Assembly: GCA_964491455.1 (NCBI GenBank)
Contig: CAZBFM010000001.1
Span: forward strand, 522,293-562,902
DNA: 40,610 nt
Reading direction: 5' to 3'
Source: an uncultured Candidatus Saccharibacteria bacterium
GTDB taxonomy: Bacteria > Patescibacteriota > Minisyncoccia > 2-02-FULL-40-12 > GWA2-44-9
The notes under the pieces were generated by a model that was given only the letters and a program-made list of their open reading frames with translations, was not told where the DNA came from and did no database searches. Positions 22,489-31,286 of the stretch are shown here, piece by piece (positions within the stretch are counted from its first letter, which is position 1; each line of letters opens with the position of its first letter). Made by a program: the position numbers and the translations under genes.

Positions 22489-24087
22489 TTGTCGCACCAC
22501 ATACCATCATCGGCACTTTGCGGAATAGACGCAGTGCCGGTTTTTGTTCAAATAGACTCCAATCCCGGTCTACATTCATTCACCGTGGTTGGCCTTGGCG
22601 ACAAAGCTGTTCAAGAATCGATTGAGCGCATCGATGCAGCCATTAAACATAGCGGCTTCGAGTCTCCTCGCTCAAAGAATCGTCGCTTTATAATCAATCT
22701 AGCTCCTGCAGATTTAAAGAAGGAAGGCCCCGGGTATGATCTTCCCATGGCAATTGCGTTTCTCGTGGAAACGAAGCAAGTTTCACTTCAGAATCCCCTT
22801 CCAATTATGATTGGCGAACTCGGACTCGATGGCGTTCTTGCACACACTAATGGAGTTCTCGCTGCCACACTCCTAGCGAAGGAGCAGGGTTATCCGGCGA
22901 TCGTAGTCCCCTCGTGCAACGTCGTAGAAGCATCAATGGTGCCAGATATCACCATCTACGCGGCAGACTCCCTGGCGCATGCCATTACATTCATTGGCAC
23001 ACCCATAGGTGACACCAAGGGACCAGTCGTGTCACCTGGTGCCAAGTTGGCACCAGGTGACAAGTTGGCACCAGTCAGTGACAGCGTGACACCTCGTGGT
23101 GACAAGATGACATCTGGTGACAGGACCGTGGCACTCGATGATTCATTTGCCTACATACAAGGCCAGCATACGGCAAAGCGCGCGTTGATAATTGCTGCCG
23201 CGGGAGGGCACAATGTCCTCATGACTGGCGCTCCCGGCTCAGGTAAGACGCTGCTCGCACGCTCAATCACTGGACTACTCCCCGCGCTCGCTATTGATGA
23301 AGCCATCGAAGTCGCTAAGATTCGCAGCGCCGCTGGCATACTCCGTGGCGGGATCACCTCACTACGGAGGCCATTTTGCTCACCTCATCACACATCATCC
23401 CCTGTTTCTCTCATCGGCGGTGGCTCATTGATACGCCCAGGCCAAATCAGTCTTTCGCATCGGGGCGTTCTTTTCCTTGATGAAATGCCGGAATTTGCTC
23501 GAAATGTTCTTGAGGCACTTCGTCAGCCACTCGAAGACGGCATCGTCACCGTTTCGCGCGCATCTGGAACCCTAACGCTGCCAGCAAAATTCATGCTTAT
23601 TGGAGCAATGAATCCCTGCCCATGCGGAAATTCCGGCGATCCCCTGTCGGAATGCACATGCGCACTCGCTGCGATCACAAAATATCGAAAGAAGATTTCC
23701 GGCCCACTACTGGATCGAATGGATCTGCATATTCAAGTTTCCCGTGAACAGGTTGGCATAGCACATTCCATTGATTCTGATGGCCTCATCAAAGCTCGAC
23801 AATCGGTTGCGCTAGCTCGCTCTATTCAAGCGAAACGATACTCTGGCACTAATCTCATTACGAATAGCGAGATATCCCACAAGAATATTGACCAGTATTG
23901 CTCTCTTGATGCTGCGGCGTCCGCCTTACTCACCGAACTCGTCAACAAGCGCAATCTATCACTTCGCGCATTTCACAAGATAAAGAAAGTAGCTCGTACA
24001 ATTGCCGACTTGGAGGAGGCTCAACAAATAACCTCCGCACATGTTGCGGAGGCGGTGGCGTTTCGCATGACTGAATTGGCCGCGTAA
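22489..24087 (+). CDS. comM: YifB/ComM family Mg-chelatase-like AAA+ ATPase
   Basis: TTG start. N-terminal Lon-like domain (FTVVGLGDKAVQESIERI), Walker A GAPGSGKTLLA, Walker B VLFLDEMPEF, C-terminal Mg-chelatase domain. Carries a roughly 30-40-aa repeat-derived linker insertion (see findings). Confidence 0.9.
   Translation: MSHHIPSSALCGIDAVPVFVQIDSNPGLHSFTVVGLGDKAVQESIERIDAAIKHSGFESPRSKNRRFIINLAPADLKKEGPGYDLPMAIAFLVETKQVSLQNPLPIMIGELGLDGVLAHTNGVLAATLLAKEQGYPAIVVPSCNVVEASMVPDITIYAADSLAHAITFIGTPIGDTKGPVVSPGAKLAPGDKLAPVSDSVTPRGDKMTSGDRTVALDDSFAYIQGQHTAKRALIIAAAGGHNVLMTGAPGSGKTLLARSITGLLPALAIDEAIEVAKIRSAAGILRGGITSLRRPFCSPHHTSSPVSLIGGGSLIRPGQISLSHRGVLFLDEMPEFARNVLEALRQPLEDGIVTVSRASGTLTLPAKFMLIGAMNPCPCGNSGDPLSECTCALAAITKYRKKISGPLLDRMDLHIQVSREQVGIAHSIDSDGLIKARQSVALARSIQAKRYSGTNLITNSEISHKNIDQYCSLDAAASALLTELVNKRNLSLRAFHKIKKVARTIADLEEAQQITSAHVAEAVAFRMTELAA
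23008..23122 (+). repeat. In-frame copy of the GGTGACA/GGTGCCA repeat family inside comM
   Basis: GGTGACA at 23008, 23056, 23098 and 23116. Variants AGTGACA, CGTGACA and GATGACA. GTGTCACC at 23029. GGTGCCA at 23038. Shares CGTGGTGACAAG (12 nt) and GGTGACAAGTT (11 nt) with the intergenic array. Confidence 0.75.
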
Positions 24088-24090
24088 TGC

Positions 24091-25053
24091 CTACTTAGCA
24101 AGTGGATTCTTTGCGCCGTGAACCTCAAAATGCAAATGGTTTCCCGTGGAGTTCCCTGTCGAACCCATGAGTGCAATTACATCGCCCCTGTGAACGCTTT
24201 GCCCAACTTCAACAAGAAGCTTTGAGGCATGTCCGTACAGCGTTTCGGTCCCGTTGCCGTGCGACAGCTTAATGTACCGTCCATAGCCGCCATTGTAGCC
24301 GCTCGCATCTGAAATCACGACAACACCATCAGCGGCAGCTTTGATTGGCGTTCCGTAGCTATTTGCAATATCTATGCCGTTTCGTCCGTGAATCGCACCG
24401 TTTCGCGTAATGATTCCCGTCGTTGGCCTCATAAAGTAATCCCCGAGATCAGGAAGGTGCGTAAACTGCGTAACCACAGTCGTTGCAAGCTTTGTCGCAG
24501 CTCCCGCTGTTCGACTCACCCTCAATACACCGTTTGGAATGATGATTTCACTACTTATCGCCAGGCTACCATCAATGGGTAGGCGATTATAAGCAATGAT
24601 CCTGTCGACGTCGGCACCATACTTGTTCGCTAAGGAACTCGCAGTATCTCCTTTTAGGACCTTGTGAATTACACCGGTAATTGGCGGTATTCTCAATATC
24701 TGACCAGGCTTGATATTATTCGGATTTGTTAATGAGTTTGCCCACATAATAGAGGTCTGCGAGACGCCATAGTCAGACGCAATAAATGAAAGCAGATCGC
24801 CATCTTGCACGACGTATTCGATAACGCCGGCACGACGGCCAGATAGCTGCTCAATATATTCACTATCCGGAGGAGTTATCGCTAGCAGCGCACTATCATG
24901 CATCGTAGCGACTTCGGTACTCGGAATAGGGGATAGAGCGGATGAATCTCCCATGGAACCCGCATAGACGCTATTGATATCTGCGAGTTGAGCGTATGAA
25001 AGCTGCTGCCCGCTCACACGGACTGGCGTTCGATCCTCAATCGATTTCTGCAT
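24091..25053 (-). CDS. LysM-domain M23 peptidase (murein hydrolase); the true 5' end is probably upstream, up to 25251
   Basis: Two LysM repeats (YVVQDGDLLSFIASDYGVSQTSIMWANSL, HKVLKGDTASSLANKYGADVDRIIAYNRL). M23 motifs HGRNGIDIAN and GSTGNSTGNHLHFEVHG. The upstream frame is open and encodes a TM helix. Confidence 0.85.
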   Translation of the reverse strand: MQKSIEDRTPVRVSGQQLSYAQLADINSVYAGSMGDSSALSPIPSTEVATMHDSALLAITPPDSEYIEQLSGRRAGVIEYVVQDGDLLSFIASDYGVSQTSIMWANSLTNPNNIKPGQILRIPPITGVIHKVLKGDTASSLANKYGADVDRIIAYNRLPIDGSLAISSEIIIPNGVLRVSRTAGAATKLATTVVTQFTHLPDLGDYFMRPTTGIITRNGAIHGRNGIDIANSYGTPIKAAADGVVVISDASGYNGGYGRYIKLSHGNGTETLYGHASKLLVEVGQSVHRGDVIALMGSTGNSTGNHLHFEVHGAKNPLAK

Positions 25054-25395
25054 AAGTCCACTTAAAAATGAGGCCTGCCCGTCGCTGCTCGTGCCATAGA
25101 AGACAACAATCGCAATCGCAACAAAAATCGAAGCATAGAGCTCCAGTGACCGACTTTTGATGATTCCCAGTATGATCGTCTGGACTCGACTTCTGGCGTT
25201 ATGCCTGCGAGCCGCGAGACTGATTATCGACGTTGGAATACGAATAGGCCACTATAGCGAAAACCCTTAGAACCGCTGTTTCCTTGCATTTCCGCTATAA
25301 AAAGCAAAAATTCTCTTGCGAGAATCACCTACGCAGGGTAGCATTTTTGACACCTACTGGTCAATGGCCGATCAGCTGCCTATCCACAGAATCTC

Positions 25396-25755
25396 ATGGT
25401 ATCATTTTGGACAACATTCGGTACATCCGCAGAGGAGCAAGCCCGTCAGTGGCTCACCGCACAAGGATATTCCATTCTTGATTACAACTGGAGACGACCT
25501 TGGGGCGAGCTCGATGTCGTCGCTGAGAAGGACTCGGTAATTCATTTCGTGGAAGTAAAGGCCTCTCTTCATCAACGCCAAGGTTTTGAGCCGTATGTAC
25601 GCGCGGGAACTACCAAGATGCAGAAGGTCCAGCGAACCGCCCGTACGTGGCTCGCGCAACATCGACCCGACCACGACACCGAGTGGCAGATGGACGTTAT
25701 CTCGGTTATCATGCATCCATCGGGCCCGACATTTGAACACTTTCAACAAATCTAA
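25396..25755 (+). CDS. yraN: YraN family (UPF0102) endonuclease-like protein
   Basis: EEQARQWLTAQGYSILDYNWRRPWGELDVVAEKDSVIHFVEVKAS matches the family signature. Confidence 0.8.
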   Translation: MVSFWTTFGTSAEEQARQWLTAQGYSILDYNWRRPWGELDVVAEKDSVIHFVEVKASLHQRQGFEPYVRAGTTKMQKVQRTARTWLAQHRPDHDTEWQMDVISVIMHPSGPTFEHFQQI

Positions 25756-25758
25756 CTC

Positions 25759-26598
25759 ATGCATCACCCACGAATCGGAGCGCACGTCAGTATTGCCGGG
25801 GGAATTGATCAGGCTCCTCTTCGCGCAGCAGCAGAAGAACTGGAAATTTTTCAATGCTTTAGTCGGTCACCACAAGGGGGCAAGGCAGCCGAACTAACGG
25901 ATGCATTAATCTCTTCATTTGCCGCGAACATGAAAGCGGGAGGTTTTGATTCGTTTGTGATACATGCCCCGTACTACATCAATACCGCATCCTCGGAGCA
26001 ACGCATCCTCGCATCAAGCATTCGCATTCTCCGAGAAGAGTTGGAGCGGGGGAGTACCCTTGGCGCATCCTACGTCATGTATCATCCGGGATCCCACAAG
26101 GGACGCACTCGCGTAGAGGGCATCGCCGACGCGCGACAGTCACTCGAAAAGATTCTCGACGGCTACGCTGGCACATGCAAGCTTTTGGTAGAAATTTCAG
26201 CAGGTGCGGGCGACGTGCTTGGAGACGCATTCGAGGAAGTCGCCGCTATTATTGAACCGGCCAAAAAGATGCCGGGCTTTGGTGGAGTCTGTTTTGATAC
26301 CTGCCACGCCTTTGCATCGGGATATGACTTTACCGACGAGCAAAAAGCGAAAACCGTTCTTACCTCCTTTGATACTTCCATCGGACTCTCATGGCTCAAA
26401 CTGACCCACGTCAATGACAGTAAAACTCCACTGGGTGGCAACAAGGATCGCCACGAGCATATCGGCGCCGGCCACATTGGTACCGCCGGACTCAAAGCAC
26501 TTCTGACGACAGCCTCATTTCAAGCGATTGACTGGATTCTGGAAACGGAACCCGAGGGCAGATCGTCCGATATCGCGCATCTTCGTAAGTTTCGCTAG
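25759..26598 (+). CDS. nfo: Endonuclease IV (AP endonuclease, family 2)
   Basis: IGAHVSIAGG, HAPYYINTAS, VCFDTCHAFASGYD, HVNDSK...DRHEHIGAGHIG. Confidence 0.9.
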   Translation: MHHPRIGAHVSIAGGIDQAPLRAAAEELEIFQCFSRSPQGGKAAELTDALISSFAANMKAGGFDSFVIHAPYYINTASSEQRILASSIRILREELERGSTLGASYVMYHPGSHKGRTRVEGIADARQSLEKILDGYAGTCKLLVEISAGAGDVLGDAFEEVAAIIEPAKKMPGFGGVCFDTCHAFASGYDFTDEQKAKTVLTSFDTSIGLSWLKLTHVNDSKTPLGGNKDRHEHIGAGHIGTAGLKALLTTASFQAIDWILETEPEGRSSDIAHLRKFR

Positions 26599-26666
26599 AG
26601 ACAACGTCATACAATAAAACTACGAATTCTCCATATATTATGGGCTTTTCGTGATGTTAAAGGCTA

Positions 26667-26695
26667 TTGACTTTTTGTCATATTTATGCTATACT
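26667..26695 (+). promoter_or_regulatory. Near-consensus sigma70 promoter for the high-GC island
   Basis: TTGACT (26667-26672), 17-nt spacer, TATACT (26690-26695), inside a 36% GC spacer. AAGGAG lies before the ATG at 26746. Confidence 0.6.
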
Positions 26696-26745
26696 TCAAA
26701 TGTTAGTGGTGGGAATGAGTCCCTTCACAATTCAAGGAGACAGCC

Positions 26746-27585
26746 ATGAAGCTTACTAAGTTGGTCGCCGCCTTCGTGGCGGTTCTCGTTCTTGCAGCCC
26801 CCGTGGCCGCGCAGTCGGAGTTCGAAAGCGCCCTTCAGGGCACGTTCAATGCCGCTCGCGTGGGTGTCGACGGGATGGCGCGCAACATGTGCGCCAACCA
26901 CCGAGGCACCGGCGACCTCGTCGAGGCAAGCTGGTGCTATGGGCTCGTCGTGAGCCCGAGCTCGCACCGAGTAACGGGATACAATCCCAACTCGGTGTTC
27001 GGCCCAGGTAGTCGCTTCGCTCGGATTGGCGATTTCTATCGCAACCCATATGAGCGCGGCGGTTACGCCGGCTACGGCCCTGACTTCGACGTGAACGCCC
27101 GCACGCTGGGCACCATCGTCGGCGGGGGAGCAGGTGCTGCCCTCACCGAGCATCGCCGAGGCTGGCAGAAGGCCGGTGCCATCGTTGCAGGAGCAATCCT
27201 TGGCAACATCGTCGGCAAGAAGCTCGATGAACGTTCCGCAGAGCGGATCACTGGTGAAAAGCCCAGTGACTGCGTGAAGCGCACGATGAAGGAATTCGAT
27301 AAGCGCAAGGCCTCCGTGAGCACAGAGCAAGTCATCGCTCTGTGCGGTGGGGGACCAGCGCCTGACATGGCGCAACGGACTCCACAGTCCGATGCGACGC
27401 CCGCGCCGAGCGCTACTCAAGCGCCGGCAACCGTTCATCAAAAGGACGGCTACCTGTGTAACAACACAGAAGTTGCCGTTATTATCTACGTGAACGGCAG
27501 TGCCGTGGGGCAACTTGCCCCGGGACGTAAGGTATCTGTCGCCGACCTACCAACTGGCGAACTCACGTTCATCAACAAGAACTAG
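26746..27585 (+). CDS. Secreted protein with glycine-zipper (17-kDa surface antigen-like) segment, on the high-GC island
   Basis: Signal peptide MKLTKLVAAFVAVLVLAAPVAAQ. Glycine zipper GTIVGGGAGAALTEHRRGWQKAGAIVAGAILGNIVG. Strong GC3 bias in this frame. Confidence 0.65.
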   Translation: MKLTKLVAAFVAVLVLAAPVAAQSEFESALQGTFNAARVGVDGMARNMCANHRGTGDLVEASWCYGLVVSPSSHRVTGYNPNSVFGPGSRFARIGDFYRNPYERGGYAGYGPDFDVNARTLGTIVGGGAGAALTEHRRGWQKAGAIVAGAILGNIVGKKLDERSAERITGEKPSDCVKRTMKEFDKRKASVSTEQVIALCGGGPAPDMAQRTPQSDATPAPSATQAPATVHQKDGYLCNNTEVAVIIYVNGSAVGQLAPGRKVSVADLPTGELTFINKN

Positions 27586-27598
27586 TAGGAAGAAAATC

Positions 27599-28102
27599 AT
27601 GAACATCAAGAACCTCGTCGTCGCCCTCTTCGCCGTCGTCCTCACGGTCGGCTGCACCAAGAGCCCGGCCGAGCAGGCCAAGGCGGAAGCCCGACAGCTC
27701 CGTGAAGCGGCGCAGGCGAGCGACCTGCTCAATGCGGTCGTCGCTCAGGAAATCTCTTGCGGCGACGCAGTGGCCCAAGAACGCATCTTCGACCGCAAAA
27801 CCGGAGTGCCACGGGTGTACGTGTGGGTCGACAAGGCGGAGAAGTTGATTCACTGCTACGATGGTCAGGGTCACCACCCCGTCTGGGGAGACGAGTTGAT
27901 CGAGATCACGAAGGCTCACGCCAAGGTGATCAAGGACAACGCGGGCAACTGCTACCCGGTCACCCCGCCCAAGTGCTGCACCGCGCCCCCTGCGCAGCCT
28001 TCCGCTCCGGCCCCCGTCCAACCGCCCCCTCCGCCCCCCGCAGCGCTGGCGCCTACTCCACTTCCGGAGCTGGGCACAAGCCCGTGCTGCGGCCGGCAGT
28101 AG
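27599..28102 (+). CDS. Lipoprotein with Pro-rich C-terminal tail, on the high-GC island
   Basis: ATG at 27599 after AGGAAG. Lipobox LTVGC. C-terminal APPAQPSAPAPVQPPPPPPAALAP...CCGRQ. Confidence 0.6.
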   Translation: MNIKNLVVALFAVVLTVGCTKSPAEQAKAEARQLREAAQASDLLNAVVAQEISCGDAVAQERIFDRKTGVPRVYVWVDKAEKLIHCYDGQGHHPVWGDELIEITKAHAKVIKDNAGNCYPVTPPKCCTAPPAQPSAPAPVQPPPPPPAALAPTPLPELGTSPCCGRQ

Positions 28103-28107
28103 GGCAA

Positions 28108-28154
28108 CCCCGTAATTCGTCTCATGCAATGAGGCGGGCTACGGGGCTTTTTTT
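28108..28154 (+). terminator. Rho-independent terminator closing the island
   Basis: CCCCGTA ... TACGGGG enclosing a second hairpin (CGTCTCAT-GCA-ATGAGGCG), followed by CTTTTTTT. Confidence 0.65.
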
Positions 28155-28194
28155 ATTCATTGATAATCATCCTATATCCAGCTACCATACTGCT

Positions 28195-28641
28195 ATGCAT
28201 CTGGTAACACACTCTCCTGAAGACACGCACGCGCTTGCGACAACCATCGCCGAGCGTATTCGCGCACGAATGCCCGGACGCACTACCGCTCTCGTGCTCG
28301 CCCTGCGCGGCGACTTGGGAGCAGGGAAAACCACATTTACACAAGGACTCGCAAAAGCGCTTGGTATTTCCCAAATGCCAAAGAGTCCAACATTCTTACT
28401 TGCCAAAGAATACGCAGTACCCAACACTTCGTGGTCGCTGTGGCATTTGGACTGCTATCGTCTCACCGGTCATCACGATCTCCAGACGCTCGACATGCAC
28501 CGCATCTTCGACAACCCCCTCAATATTGTCGTAATTGAGTGGCCTGAAAATATTGGCGATGAACTACCACGTGATCACATAGAAGTTCATTTTCAACACG
28601 ACGGCGGCGATGGGCGGAGCATCACGGTATCTGAATCATGA
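28195..28641 (+). CDS. tsaE: tRNA threonylcarbamoyladenosine (t6A) biosynthesis ATPase TsaE
   Basis: ATG at 28195. P-loop LRGDLGAGKTTFTQG and motif HLDCYRL. The stop codon overlaps the polA start (ATGA). Confidence 0.8.
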   Translation: MHLVTHSPEDTHALATTIAERIRARMPGRTTALVLALRGDLGAGKTTFTQGLAKALGISQMPKSPTFLLAKEYAVPNTSWSLWHLDCYRLTGHHDLQTLDMHRIFDNPLNIVVIEWPENIGDELPRDHIEVHFQHDGGDGRSITVSES

Positions 28642-31286
28642 AAAAATTTATCCTTATCGACTCCAACGCGCTCGTCCATCGTGCTTTTCACGCGCTCCCA
28701 CCGCTATCGTCGCCAAGCGGTAAGCAGACAAACGCTGTGTACGGTTTCACATCGGTGCTCCTGAAAATGATCAGCGACCTGAAACCCGACTACATGATTG
28801 CGACATTTGATTTGGCGGGACCCACATTCCGCCACGATGCCTACGACCAATACAAAGCGCATCGCGTCAAAGCGCCCGATGAACTGTATGCGCAGATTCC
28901 CGACGTGAAACGAATGCTCACCGCTTTTGGCATTCCTATTATTGAGCATGCTGGCTTTGAAGCAGATGATGTCATTGGAACATTAAGCACCCAATCGCGA
29001 GACATGCCAGGCCTGCAGACCATCATCGTGACGGGGGACTTAGATACCCTCCAACTTGTCGACGAGCAAAGGGTTGTCGTGTTTACGTTGCGGAAGGGGA
29101 TGACCGACACCGTTACGTATGATGAAGCCGGCGTTCGCGAGCGCTACGGAATCCCTCCGTCGCTCGTTGCAGATCTTAAGGGACTCAAGGGAGACCCGAG
29201 CGACAACATACCGGGCGTCTCGGGTATTGGAGAAAAAACTGCATCGACACTGGTACAACGCTATGGCACCCTCGAAGAGCTCTACCGCGAACTAGAAAAC
29301 CCCGCATTTGCCACCGGCAAGGAAAGCGGTGTCTCGGAGAAACTCAAAGCAAAGTTGATCGAACAAAAAGACATGGCGTTCTTCAGTAAGAAGCTCTCAA
29401 CTATTATTCGTGATGTTCCTGTTACGTTTGATATTTCGACGGCAAATTGGCGAGAGCACATCAACACCTTGGCGCTCGAAGAACTGTGCAAAGAACTCGG
29501 ATTTTTTACGCTCATAAAACGGATTCATACAACGCTCAATCCGGCGATCAAAGCCGCATCCGAGCAGACGCTCGACTTTGAAGCGCCCACTACTTCTCCG
29601 GTTGCAAGCACAGCGACACCACTCACCAGCATCGCCGAGCTGGGCGCAATCACTGACGTGGCAATCGCGGGAGTAATCCACGATGGTCAGCTTGAAGAAC
29701 TCTATCTTACGGTCGATGGTGCAACGGTGTACTCGATTTCAAAGCCAACAACGACCATACTCGAGGAACTGACGCGGTCGTCGGCGTGTATTATCGGTCA
29801 CGACCTCAAGACTCTCATTGAATCTTCCGCCGCACCACTCGCTCTCACAGGAACAACACTTTTCGACACTCGTATCGCGGCGTGGCTTACGAATCCCGAG
29901 CTGAAAGAGTACGACCTTGGTCGCGTTGCTTACGACCTCGCAGGCCTAATGATATCAGATGACAACGCGGAATCTGTGCGCATCATCTGGAAGCTCAAAT
30001 CGCTCCTTGCCGAGCGAATTACCGCGCATGAGCTCAATGATATCTTTCAGACTCTCGAGATGCCTCTAGTGCCAATTTTGACCTCTATGGAGCATGCGGG
30101 CATCCAAGTAGACGCCAACGTCATCGACGAGCTTCTCACTATGGCGCGCACCGATGTTGCCTCACTCGAAGAACGCATCTACGCAAGCACCGGCACGACG
30201 TTCAACATCAATTCACCATCACAGTTGGGCGAAGTGCTCTTCACGAAGCTCGGACTCAAAGGCAAGGTGCGACGCACGGGAGGGGGAGTACCATCCACTG
30301 CCGCCGCGGAACTGGAGAAGCTCCGCGATGAGCATCCGGTAATCGAACTGATTTTGCAGTACCGCGAGCTCAACAAACTCAAGACTACCTACATCGAACC
30401 ATTTCCAAGTCTCATCGATGCATCCGGCCGCATACACACCACGTACAATCAAACGGGCACAGCCACGGGTCGACTCTCATCGTCGAATCCCAATCTCCAA
30501 AACATTCCAACTCGCACCGAACTCGGGCAGCGTTTTCGCGCCGCATTTGTAGCTCCCAAGGGCTTTCAACTTCTCTCACTCGACTACTCACAGCTCGAGC
30601 TACGCATCGTTGCCCACGTCGCCAATGATGCCACTATGATTGAAGCATTCCGCAATGGGGAAGACATCCACACACGCACCGCATCCGAGATATTCCAAGT
30701 CACACCCAACGATGTCACCAAGGACATGCGTCGCCAAGCAAAAGTTCTCAATTTTGGGATCATCTACGGCATGGGCGTGCTTGGCTTTGCTCGATCAGCC
30801 GGCGTCTCACGAGATACGGCGAAGAAATTCATTGACGACTATTTTGTTCGATTCTCTGGTGTCGCCGACTACATGGAGCGCACCAAGAATGAAGCGTTCA
30901 AGAATGGGTACGTGAGCACACTCATGGGACGACGGCGCCCTCTACCTGACATCAAGAGCACCATGCCACAATTGGCGGCACAATCAGAGCGTATGGCTAT
31001 CAATCACCCCATTCAGGGAACGGGTGCCGATATCGTAAAGCTTGCGATGATTGCCGTGGATGCGCAGATTCGAAACCTTGGGACCGATAGTGGCATACGC
31101 ATGCTCCTTCAGGTGCACGATGAACTTGTGCTCGAAGTTCCGAACTCAACACTCCCTGATCTTGCACACACCATTGCAAAAACGATGGAGCACGTTGTCT
31201 CACTATCGGTGCCCCTTGTTGTAGAAGCCAAATCAGGACAACACTGGGCGTCTATGCAGCATATCGATCACGTAGAACAATCATGA
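28638..31286 (+). CDS. polA: DNA polymerase I (5' nuclease plus vestigial 3'-5' exonuclease plus polymerase)
   Basis: GDPSDNIPGVSGIGEKTA (5' nuclease H3TH). Polymerase motifs LLSLDYSQLELRI, RRQAKVLNFGIIYG and LLQVHDELVLEV. The Exo I/II/III acidic residues (DxE, NxxxYD, YxxxD) are not recognisable. Confidence 0.95.
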   Translation: MKKFILIDSNALVHRAFHALPPLSSPSGKQTNAVYGFTSVLLKMISDLKPDYMIATFDLAGPTFRHDAYDQYKAHRVKAPDELYAQIPDVKRMLTAFGIPIIEHAGFEADDVIGTLSTQSRDMPGLQTIIVTGDLDTLQLVDEQRVVVFTLRKGMTDTVTYDEAGVRERYGIPPSLVADLKGLKGDPSDNIPGVSGIGEKTASTLVQRYGTLEELYRELENPAFATGKESGVSEKLKAKLIEQKDMAFFSKKLSTIIRDVPVTFDISTANWREHINTLALEELCKELGFFTLIKRIHTTLNPAIKAASEQTLDFEAPTTSPVASTATPLTSIAELGAITDVAIAGVIHDGQLEELYLTVDGATVYSISKPTTTILEELTRSSACIIGHDLKTLIESSAAPLALTGTTLFDTRIAAWLTNPELKEYDLGRVAYDLAGLMISDDNAESVRIIWKLKSLLAERITAHELNDIFQTLEMPLVPILTSMEHAGIQVDANVIDELLTMARTDVASLEERIYASTGTTFNINSPSQLGEVLFTKLGLKGKVRRTGGGVPSTAAAELEKLRDEHPVIELILQYRELNKLKTTYIEPFPSLIDASGRIHTTYNQTGTATGRLSSSNPNLQNIPTRTELGQRFRAAFVAPKGFQLLSLDYSQLELRIVAHVANDATMIEAFRNGEDIHTRTASEIFQVTPNDVTKDMRRQAKVLNFGIIYGMGVLGFARSAGVSRDTAKKFIDDYFVRFSGVADYMERTKNEAFKNGYVSTLMGRRRPLPDIKSTMPQLAAQSERMAINHPIQGTGADIVKLAMIAVDAQIRNLGTDSGIRMLLQVHDELVLEVPNSTLPDLAHTIAKTMEHVVSLSVPLVVEAKSGQHWASMQHIDHVEQS

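Noticed and set aside
26725-28129. Long minus-strand ORFs (26725-27513, 262 aa; 27572-28129, 185 aa) across the high-GC island
   Set aside because: These are typical shadow ORFs of GC-rich DNA. The plus-strand frames show the GC3 bias, a signal peptide or lipobox, Shine-Dalgarno sequences, a consensus promoter and a terminator. The minus-strand translations are Arg/Ala/Gly-rich with no start context.
29600-30050. Degenerate 3'-5' exonuclease domain of DNA polymerase I as a novelty
   Set aside because: The Exo I/II/III acidic motifs are not recognisable, but proofreading-deficient Pol I enzymes (such as Taq and Bst) are well known, so this is an ordinary feature.
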